From a virus, in the IMG/VR virus record IMGVR_UViG_2919361683_000002, positions 1-64,000 of that record: DNA of 64,000 bases; one strand, given 5' to 3'. The notes beneath the pieces are model-generated. The model was not told the DNA's origin. It made no database searches and saw nothing but the letters and a program-made list of their open reading frames with translations. Below, in pieces: positions 48,444 to 56,240 of this stretch (positions are counted from its first letter, which is position 1; each line of letters opens with the position of its first letter). A program made the translations under genes and the position numbers.

Positions 48444-49355
48444 TCATATAAAATCTAACAATATCTTTTTGATATTTTTATAATCCCAATATGGTATACG
48501 AATTAAACTAATTCCATTTTGTTTGCAGTAGGTATTTTTAAGCCCATCATTGTGCTTCACTTCTTCAAAATATTTATCTCCACCAAAGATCTCAACTGGT
48601 TCAAAGTGTTGCCTACCATCAAATTCAATTAAAAACTTGATTTGTTTGTTATTATCGAATATTGCAAAATCAAATCTCAAAGGATTTATGTTTTTACACT
48701 CGGCAAACTTATATTGTGCTGTAAAGTGTATTTTCTTTTTTATTAGATAATCTCGTATTTCTTTTTCTCCTCTTGAACATCCGATGCAATTGTTACATCT
48801 TTCTCCTTGTTTAAACTTAGTAGGAGTGACAGCATCAATGTTTCCACAAGAACAAATGTAATCAACTTTAGAACTTTGAGATCGATAATCAGACTTTTTG
48901 GTTAATAGATAACAATTTTCTCTGAGAAACAAATTAAATATTTGATCATATTCCACTTTTCTATTCATAGATGAGCTTTTAGTCCCACAACTACGGCATC
49001 TTTGTCCTTGTTGAAAGTTGTTCCATATGATCTGAGCTTTAGTTCCGCATGAACATATATAATCTAGCATTTGTTTCCCATCGCTGTAGTAATCACTTAA
49101 TAAAATACAACCTTGTAACGAAAACTGTTCTTTTATGAAAGACAGACAATGTTTTTTCTTTTCCGTTGTTTTATTAATACCGCATTTATTACATCTGTTA
49201 CCACTCTTAAAGTTAGACCAACTTATGTAGTCAACATTATTGCACTTACACTTATATTTCATTTTTGTATGAGCGTTAATGTATTCTTTTTCTAATAGCT
49301 CACATTCATTCTCTGTGAAATAACTCACTACAAACTCCATGCTTAGTTTCCTCAA
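48444..49355 (-). CDS. free-standing Cys-rich PD-(D/E)XK/Vsr-like endonuclease
   Basis: Three Y.CSCG...G.RC..C repeats plus SRGE...PLRFDFA...LIEFDGRQH...LIRIPYW. Confidence 0.8.
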   Translation of the reverse strand: MRKLSMEFVVSYFTENECELLEKEYINAHTKMKYKCKCNNVDYISWSNFKSGNRCNKCGINKTTEKKKHCLSFIKEQFSLQGCILLSDYYSDGKQMLDYICSCGTKAQIIWNNFQQGQRCRSCGTKSSSMNRKVEYDQIFNLFLRENCYLLTKKSDYRSQSSKVDYICSCGNIDAVTPTKFKQGERCNNCIGCSRGEKEIRDYLIKKKIHFTAQYKFAECKNINPLRFDFAIFDNNKQIKFLIEFDGRQHFEPVEIFGGDKYFEEVKHNDGLKNTYCKQNGISLIRIPYWDYKNIKKILLDFI

Positions 49356-49379
49356 TCCATGTTTATCCTTCCTAACCCA

Positions 49380-50909
49380 TTATTTAGGACGACTATTAGC
49401 GTTATTAGTTTTAGATTTGATAGTATTTTCATTGGTGGGATTATCATTACTTGGCCGTCCACCATCTTCTGTTGCTGTAAAAGAGGTGAGGTGTGGTTTG
49501 TATTTTTCTTCAAAGTCTTCTGCGATTTCATAATCCATAAGGGCAAGATATGCATCTGGTCTAAAGCCAGTTGCGCTAATCCATGCTATCAACGACCCTT
49601 TGCCCAAAGTGTATAGGTCTTTCATGTTTGCGATAGTTTCACTTCTATTTATGTAAGTGATAGGGAGGTAGTACACCTCAATTTGATCTTTTGGATCTTG
49701 GATTATGTTGTAGTTTATGACCTTGTTAAATTCACTTTCGAGTTGCTCAACCCATGAGAAAATTTCAGCAGCAACCAAATCTAAATTTGTTTTTTGCGAT
49801 GTAAAATTTGAACCTTCACCATTTAAAGCAGAACCAGCAAAACCTAAGTCGGTTGCAATTTTTTTAATTAGTGCTTCTTCTGAATTAGTTTTCAAAAGTT
49901 CAACATTTGCTGAAACCTTATCTAATTTCGTACCAGCAGCCACACTAAAGAAACTTACTTTCTTTCTGTTGCCTCTAGCAAACAAGGCATTGCGGATATT
50001 ATCGTGTTGATCTTTCTGTTGTGTATTTGTTAAAGAAGACGAACCTTTAGTGTCTCCTTCAGGAAAGGTCTGATAAATAATCAAATTATTATTATCATCC
50101 AATACGCCTCTTTTAGATTCTGTGAAGTAATCTTCGTAAAGCATATCGATAAATGCTGCAAGACCTAGCGGTCTACCATAAGGCTCTTCAATAGATGCTC
50201 TTACTTTAATAGCAACAGTTTTTTTATTGTCCAACACAACCCACTTTTTCGTTAAATCCTTTCGATACTCTTGATATCTCTTCCTGATTTCTTGGGGATA
50301 ACGTTTCAACTTTAAACTGCGACCATTACTCAAAAATTGATCAAAATAGGATAAGTTAAAAGCAACAACATAAGAGGAATTCAATGTACCAATTATTTTG
50401 CAGTAATCAGTAGGCAAAGGCATAAAGGCACATTTAAAATCAAAATCATTGATTTCTGATATTTGGGATATATCATGGTCTTCTAGTGTTGAGGGCAGGG
50501 TAGGGGAGAGTTCAGTGTTGAAGTAATAAAAAGAAAGTCCATCTATTGCAGATTTCCTGAGTACATCTCTAATAATAACTTTATCCCTGACTTTTTTAAG
50601 CGCAGATTTATATTTATCTACATTTTGCTTGGAAGTCTTATGATTATTTTTGTTGTGACTATAAACAACACTATCTAGTGTTGGGAGCGAAATCATATAG
50701 TCAATAACATTAGTGTAAACACCATTTGTGTTATACATTCTTCTAGACAAATGTCTGAGTTCGTAGTGGTATTGCATTGGATCTTTTAACCAACGTTTGA
50801 CTTGTGAATTAGATATTTCTCCACTATCGCCAATAAACAATTCAAAAGATCTTAGGTTAGAATTCCACTCATATAAAGATGAGTCTTTTTCATCTTTCAG
50901 TAGATTCAC
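49380..50909 (-). CDS. portal protein (YonE-like); real start may be CTG at 50900
   Basis: ~500 aa, directly after the terminase. YGRP and GGRP C-terminal motifs. Confidence 0.8.
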   Translation of the reverse strand: MNLLKDEKDSSLYEWNSNLRSFELFIGDSGEISNSQVKRWLKDPMQYHYELRHLSRRMYNTNGVYTNVIDYMISLPTLDSVVYSHNKNNHKTSKQNVDKYKSALKKVRDKVIIRDVLRKSAIDGLSFYYFNTELSPTLPSTLEDHDISQISEINDFDFKCAFMPLPTDYCKIIGTLNSSYVVAFNLSYFDQFLSNGRSLKLKRYPQEIRKRYQEYRKDLTKKWVVLDNKKTVAIKVRASIEEPYGRPLGLAAFIDMLYEDYFTESKRGVLDDNNNLIIYQTFPEGDTKGSSSLTNTQQKDQHDNIRNALFARGNRKKVSFFSVAAGTKLDKVSANVELLKTNSEEALIKKIATDLGFAGSALNGEGSNFTSQKTNLDLVAAEIFSWVEQLESEFNKVINYNIIQDPKDQIEVYYLPITYINRSETIANMKDLYTLGKGSLIAWISATGFRPDAYLALMDYEIAEDFEEKYKPHLTSFTATEDGGRPSNDNPTNENTIKSKTNNANSRPK

Positions 50910-50912
50910 CTC

Positions 50913-52682
50913 CTAGTTGTAAAAGAATTGGAAATCATAATCATCGTTTTTCTTTAATTTTGTTTCAAGATATTTAGCAAAATAATTGCAGTATGCTAAA
51001 CTTGAGTACCTGTCTTTTCTGCTTCTGCCAACTTCCATAAGCTTCACGTAACCGCTTCTGATTTCATACTCAAGATTAACCATTTCATTCACCAAGATGG
51101 TAGTCTGTATGTACGGTTTCATTAAGTTAACCTGATCTTCAACTGATTTAGAATTATAAGATAGTTTTTCTACCAGATGTTCTCTTCCAATTGAATCTCC
51201 TACAAGCAACTTCAAGGAACGTTTTTCAAATGATGTCTTCAAATTCATAGCAATTTCGTGGTTAAGTTCCGCTTTGGTAACTTTAATCGAAAAGATAATG
51301 GGAAGAGCATTTTTGTCTAAGGCTCTGTTTTTCATCTCGTCATTGTTCATTGCTGTCCAAGCAGGATACTCCACATCTCTCTCTTCATCATATAGAATTC
51401 TGCTACAGTCATCATAAAGTGATATTCCGTTACCCGATGTATCCATAGCAACATAATCAGCTTCAAAATCATAAAAAATTTGCTTGAGACGAACTGCTTG
51501 TTTTTCTGAATGTGCTCCCAGCATACTTTCGAGATAAGGAACCTGTTTGCTGTAGTTCTCACCGTTGGGAAGGAGTCTCATGCAAGTAAAGATTGTATTA
51601 TCATTTTCTTCACCGCCCATCATCGCAACGTCTACACCAATAATTCTAATTTCGCCATCTTGCTTAGTGGATTTTTTCCTTTTATCTTTGACTTTAGAAA
51701 ATTCTATTGGAGTAAGAGGATAAAAAGGTTTAACGACTGTTCTACATTTCTGAATATCGTCAAGCTTGAAGAATGCTTTTTCTGATTCTCCAAAAAATAG
51801 ACACCCCATCTCCATGCTAAACGCGGTTGGATCAAAATCATCTTCTGACATTTCATCTAATACTTGTTCTTTCATTAGTAAACTTTCTTTTATAGCTAAC
51901 TGATAGGGAAGTCCACAAATAAAATAGTTTTTGCCCAAAGTCATTGATTTTACATAGGCTTTTAATTTTATCCATGACCAATGAAATTGATACCAAGCAG
52001 AAGAGAGGTATATTTCTTTATTTCGTTCTTGTAAGTGGGAATATTCTGGCTTGTTTAGATATTTTGGTTGACGTGGAGCAGTTAAAAATTTGCGAAGAAC
52101 TTTGTTAATTATATTTAAGTCAACCATGCGAAATTCATCAACAATAATACAATTAGCTCTTTTACTACGAGCACCCTCATTGGACGCCACAACTTTTATC
52201 CAACTACCGTTATGAAATTCTACTTTTGGGTCATTTGCAGAGGTGGATAGATCACTTATTTCTCTAGCTAAATTTGGCGAATTAATACGTAAATCTGAGA
52301 TTTTTTCGATTACTTCTCTGGCTTGTTTCATATTTCCTGATGCTACAACTATTTTTGTTTCGGGCCACAAAATGCATCGTATTACACAATAAATTGAGGT
52401 TAAGAATGTTTTTCCTTGTCCTCTGGAAGCCAGATACATAAAATAATTTGAATAATTCATCATGAAAATTAAAATGACTTGGAAAAGTTTTAAGGTAATC
52501 CCCAAATACTCTTTAGCGAACCTATGTGGGTTAGAACGATAGTAGCTTGCCCATATCCCGATGCCATGCATTAATTTGTCTGTTTTATTGGAACTTTTAT
52601 TGAAGTTTCTACTTTTATTAAGCAAATTAATGCCCCTATGAGCCTTATTTCTCGAAACTTGATAATTTTCATACCCACTCAT
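50913..52682 (-). CDS. terminase large subunit (YonF-like)
   Basis: Walker A ASRGQGKT, Walker B IIVDEF, nuclease IIGVDVA and KDRYSS. Confidence 0.93.
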   Translation of the reverse strand: MSGYENYQVSRNKAHRGINLLNKSRNFNKSSNKTDKLMHGIGIWASYYRSNPHRFAKEYLGITLKLFQVILIFMMNYSNYFMYLASRGQGKTFLTSIYCVIRCILWPETKIVVASGNMKQAREVIEKISDLRINSPNLAREISDLSTSANDPKVEFHNGSWIKVVASNEGARSKRANCIIVDEFRMVDLNIINKVLRKFLTAPRQPKYLNKPEYSHLQERNKEIYLSSAWYQFHWSWIKLKAYVKSMTLGKNYFICGLPYQLAIKESLLMKEQVLDEMSEDDFDPTAFSMEMGCLFFGESEKAFFKLDDIQKCRTVVKPFYPLTPIEFSKVKDKRKKSTKQDGEIRIIGVDVAMMGGEENDNTIFTCMRLLPNGENYSKQVPYLESMLGAHSEKQAVRLKQIFYDFEADYVAMDTSGNGISLYDDCSRILYDEERDVEYPAWTAMNNDEMKNRALDKNALPIIFSIKVTKAELNHEIAMNLKTSFEKRSLKLLVGDSIGREHLVEKLSYNSKSVEDQVNLMKPYIQTTILVNEMVNLEYEIRSGYVKLMEVGRSRKDRYSSLAYCNYFAKYLETKLKKNDDYDFQFFYN

Positions 52683-53602
52683 GATGTTTCTTCTTCTTTT
52701 TCATCGTCATAGTTAGGTGTATCAACAGTGTATTTAGCAACCTCGTCATCATATAATTTTGAAAACTCATTATTGATGCCCAGCATTCTACATAGATGCC
52801 CCAAAAACCAAACTTGGATGTATTTTTTTATATTGTCTACATCTTTCCATGCTTCATCTGGCTCAGGAATTGGTAGTTCATTTTCATATTTTTTTATCAA
52901 AGTACCGAATGTAGCTTGCTCTGTTGCATTAGATCCCGTTTCTTGGGAAGGTTTGATATTTGCCGAGCCTAATAATTCCTGTAGTGTTTTTAATTCTTTA
53001 TCTACAGATTTACCTTCTTGTCTTAGTCTTTTAATAGTTAATCGTTGTTGTGCAGCTTCATGGAAAAGTAGCTCCATTACATAAGAATCACATTCATATG
53101 AGTTAATAAACTTATTAAATTCATCCTGAAGAAACTCCAACTCTTCGTTGTTATAATTTTTCCCCCAGAACTCACTTAAGTCTTTTAATTCATCGGTTGA
53201 ATAACGTCTATCTCGTGTTATTGAAGAATCGTTATTAACATCCAATTGGTCTTTCGATGATATATTGTCTAAAACACTGTCTTTATAGGTTAAATTTTTA
53301 TATTGAGGAAAAGAGCTAATTTGGGGTATATATTTCGACCATTCTTGTTCTCTGTCTTCCCACTGATCAATTAAAAAAGGTTTATCTAGAGTTGCAAGAA
53401 CTAATTTAACTCTATCTAAATAACCTAGCGAGTGTTTGTCACTGCCAATATATTCATTGATACATTCTTTGCAAACTTCAAACTTTTCTGAATTAAACAA
53501 TGGATTAGAATTCACATAGAACGAGCTACTAGCCCTGATTTTTTTGCAATTTAAGCATTTGATTTTTTTAGAAGATTGCAAATCTTTTTTTATTTCTGCC
53601 AA
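52679..53602 (-). CDS. terminase small subunit-like protein (YonG-like)
   Basis: CxxC...CKEC zinc motif, WG..Y...E..FL and TFG.LIK..E...PI. TTG at 53602 after GAAGGTG, overlapping terL. Confidence 0.7.
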   Translation of the reverse strand: MAEIKKDLQSSKKIKCLNCKKIRASSSFYVNSNPLFNSEKFEVCKECINEYIGSDKHSLGYLDRVKLVLATLDKPFLIDQWEDREQEWSKYIPQISSFPQYKNLTYKDSVLDNISSKDQLDVNNDSSITRDRRYSTDELKDLSEFWGKNYNNEELEFLQDEFNKFINSYECDSYVMELLFHEAAQQRLTIKRLRQEGKSVDKELKTLQELLGSANIKPSQETGSNATEQATFGTLIKKYENELPIPEPDEAWKDVDNIKKYIQVWFLGHLCRMLGINNEFSKLYDDEVAKYTVDTPNYDDEKEEETS

Positions 53603-53773
53603 TACTTCACCTTCTTTGCATAGAAGAACATAATAAAATTCCCATTTGATAATGAAAAAGCATGGGGTAGGAGGGAGCGGCCTGTTTAAAGACGGTAGTC
53701 TCCCCACGAGAAACAAATAATAAAAAGCCTGATAGGACTCAGGCATTTGATTTATGTATTCCTCAGCTCTTGT

Positions 53774-54043
53774 TTATTTCAATTTATTCACAATCTTCGT
53801 AATTTCTTCAGGTGTAATAATCTGTTTTGCTCTTTTGTCGGTTCTGTTGCCATAAATAAACGCTGCTCCATCTTCAGCGTAGTAAACAACCGCTTGTTTA
53901 TTAATTACTGGGTATCCGTGTTCTTCTTCAATATCTACTTCAACAATCTTCTTATTTTGAGAGTACTTTTCGGCTAGCTCTTTCTCATTAACTACATGCA
54001 AAATTTGATATTTATCTAAATATGCGTACATTATTTCCTCCAA
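53774..54043 (-). CDS. hypothetical protein
   Basis: 89-aa ORF in the late operon. Confidence 0.55.
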   Translation of the reverse strand: MEEIMYAYLDKYQILHVVNEKELAEKYSQNKKIVEVDIEEEHGYPVINKQAVVYYAEDGAAFIYGNRTDKRAKQIITPEEITKIVNKLK

Positions 54044-54058
54044 TAATATGTATAAATT

Positions 54059-55246
54059 TTATTTTACTTCTTGTAAATTGATATCTATTTTGTATTCAAT
54101 TCGTCCGTCCACATCAAAAATATGCATCTTTTGCATTGCATCCGAATACATACGTTTACTGACGGCATAAGAATCTACGCCGCAAAGACTGCCATTAGAA
54201 ACTACCGTTGTTCTACCGAAATCTTTAACAGTATCATGATGAATATGGCCTTGGAAGATGTATTGAGGTATTACGCCAAGGAATTGAGGTAATTGTCGGG
54301 CTGAGGTCGTTACATGGTCTAAATCGCCATGCACATATATGTGAGGCTTTTCAAATGATTCATCGATAAAATAGCCGTCTTCGCCTTTTAATAGTTCAAT
54401 ATTATCGAATTCTCTAAGGCGAGTTTCCATATACCAAGGAATAATATTTTCAAAGTTTTCTTTTAATATTGCGTCATTTTTACTTTGAAAAGTCCGACTA
54501 TGATTACCAATCAGGTTTATGACTCTTACCTTCGGTACAAACTTAGCAATCTCTGCAACGGCTTCAGATAATCGCTCTGATATATACTGAGTTTGAGAAA
54601 TGACATCCTCGCTTTGTTCAATTCTTGAAGTTAGATGTATAAACCCTGCGATTTGATCTCCAATAGAAGCTACTGTTAATTCGTCAACATTGTGTTTCTG
54701 ACAATAATAAATCGTTTTGGATACAAGATGATTAAATCTTTTATCAAACACACGTGGATTGTATTTGTTTAAAGAGTTGTCCGATTCTTGTCCGTAGTGA
54801 AAGTCTGAAAAAAGGACGTTTGCGCGAATATAAGAGGGACTTTCCTTGGCAGGAGAGTAGGGGAGAGGCTTAACTTTTTCAAGTTGCTTAATGCTAGTTG
54901 AAATTTCATCTTTTAAGTGTTCAAACTTAGCAATCATTTTGATTTTATTGTTGAATTCGCGTTTTTGATCTTGAAATTGATATTTTTGCTTTTGTAATTC
55001 AATTGTTTTATCTTCAATTTCGCGCCTATACTCATCAGTTGACGACTTTTTCACGCCAATTGAGATGCCACGAGTAAGCAAGTGGAACTCTTTGCGATAT
55101 TTAGACTCTGTGAAATCCTCATTGAGATATTCATTCATAAGAGTCGCTATTTTACACCAAGACAAGCCCGACTCGTCCTTACAGGAGCCAATTCTTATAA
55201 GGTATTCTTCGTATGTCTCGTTATCTAGTGATTTGAGAGGAGTCAT
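54059..55246 (-). CDS. calcineurin-like metallophosphoesterase (YonJ-like)
   Basis: SDFH.G, GD, GNH, HGD and GHIH metallophosphoesterase motifs. Confidence 0.85.
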   Translation of the reverse strand: MTPLKSLDNETYEEYLIRIGSCKDESGLSWCKIATLMNEYLNEDFTESKYRKEFHLLTRGISIGVKKSSTDEYRREIEDKTIELQKQKYQFQDQKREFNNKIKMIAKFEHLKDEISTSIKQLEKVKPLPYSPAKESPSYIRANVLFSDFHYGQESDNSLNKYNPRVFDKRFNHLVSKTIYYCQKHNVDELTVASIGDQIAGFIHLTSRIEQSEDVISQTQYISERLSEAVAEIAKFVPKVRVINLIGNHSRTFQSKNDAILKENFENIIPWYMETRLREFDNIELLKGEDGYFIDESFEKPHIYVHGDLDHVTTSARQLPQFLGVIPQYIFQGHIHHDTVKDFGRTTVVSNGSLCGVDSYAVSKRMYSDAMQKMHIFDVDGRIEYKIDINLQEVK

Positions 55247-55250
55247 TCAT

Positions 55251-55421
55251 TTACTCCTCTTCAGTTTCTAATCCAACTGGAATTTCATAGTCCTCAATCG
55301 GAGCAACTTTGATTTTTTCACCATCAATTGTAATGGTGATCTTAGAGGCATTGGGGTATAGTCCAAAGGCTGCTTCTCGAATTCCATTCAAGCCAACCAA
55401 TTTCTCTTTATTTGATTCCAT
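55251..55421 (-). CDS. 56-aa acidic hypothetical protein MESNKEKLVGLNGIREAAFGLYPNASKITITIDGEKIKVAPIEDYEIPVGLETEEE
   Basis: Translated by hand. RBS AGGGAG, fills the gap in the operon. Confidence 0.7.
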   Translation of the reverse strand: MESNKEKLVGLNGIREAAFGLYPNASKITITIDGEKIKVAPIEDYEIPVGLETEEE

Positions 55422-55608
55422 ATATATTTGCTCCCTATATTATGTATTTTTTTGAGTCTAATCTATCTGTTTTTTGTAGCTTACCCGATTAGGGTAAGAT
55501 GGAGGGGAGATTAACCCCTCAAGTATTTACTGTTTAACTTCTTCAGTCGTTAGTCTGCCATGTTTCATCTTGCAGGTTCCCTTGTTCAGGGCCTAGTTAA
55601 GAATTGAG

Positions 55609-55696
55609 TCAATGCAGGGCGGCGTATCCTGATCTCTGGTAACTTGTTATAAGCAAGCGCGTGGGAAACCTTTCCCACCTCTGTAATCCACATTGA
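55609..55696 (-). ncRNA. tRNA-like structured RNA (non-canonical, UAU anticodon-like loop)
   Basis: Closing stem UCAAUGUGG/CUGCAUUGA, hairpin GUGGGAAA/UUUCCCAC and stem-loop GCUUG-CUUAUAA-CAAGU. No canonical TPsiC loop. Confidence 0.4.
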
Positions 55697-55724
55697 ACAT
55701 TTATGTATGTTAAACTTTATAAAA

Positions 55725-56048
55725 TTACCGTTTTACTTGCTCTTTGAGTGCTTTAGCTGCTTTGAATGCTGGCTTTTTGGATGCGGAAATTGCAATGGTG
55801 GCTTGCGCTTTTGCTGTTTCTGCGTCTACGCCTTGAGATTTTAGTTCTGCGAGTAGTTTAGGATTGACACCATTCCGTGCAGCAGTCTCACGAATCTCAA
55901 ATGTACCGAAGCCAGCAATCTTAACTTCTTCGCCTCTAGCCAATGCACCAGTAATAGTAACAAATGTAGATTCAACTACTGCCTCAACATCTTTTTTTGT
56001 GTAGCCCGTAGTTTCTGTAATTGCCTTTACTAAGTCAGTTTTATTCAT
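55725..56048 (-). CDS. hup: HU-family DNA-binding protein (YonN-like) with arm-tip insertion
   Basis: MNKTDLV...GFGTF...AARNG.NP...PAFK..KALK. ATG at 56048 after AAGGGAG. Confidence 0.92.
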   Translation of the reverse strand: MNKTDLVKAITETTGYTKKDVEAVVESTFVTITGALARGEEVKIAGFGTFEIRETAARNGVNPKLLAELKSQGVDAETAKAQATIAISASKKPAFKAAKALKEQVKR

Positions 56049-56127
56049 GTTATAATTATCTCCCTTAATATTGTTTTTGTTTATTTGGTGGGGGAATGTA
56101 AAGATCTCTTCGCTTTGTATATCAGTC

Positions 56128-56240
56128 AAAACTTGTCCCCCTTAAAGACTATTAAGCAAATTGATTAAATGTCTAAAAAATCCTTTTAAACATTAGGTTT
56201 TATGTATATTGTTGTTTTAAGGTCTCAAGGGGACAATTTT
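56128..56240. repeat. imperfect long inverted repeat at the end of the RNAP gene
   Basis: AAAACTTGTCCCCCTTAAAGAC (56128-49) pairs with GTCTCAAGGGGACAATTTT (56222-40). Confidence 0.6.

Noticed and set aside
55534-55600. hammerhead ribozyme, group I intron or SAM riboswitch
   Set aside because: CUGAAGA, GAAAC and CAGACUA fragments are present but not in the required order or pairing.
55609-55696. canonical tRNA-Ile(UAU)
   Set aside because: There is no GTTCRA T-loop, no GG D-loop and no CCA, so it is kept only as tRNA-like.
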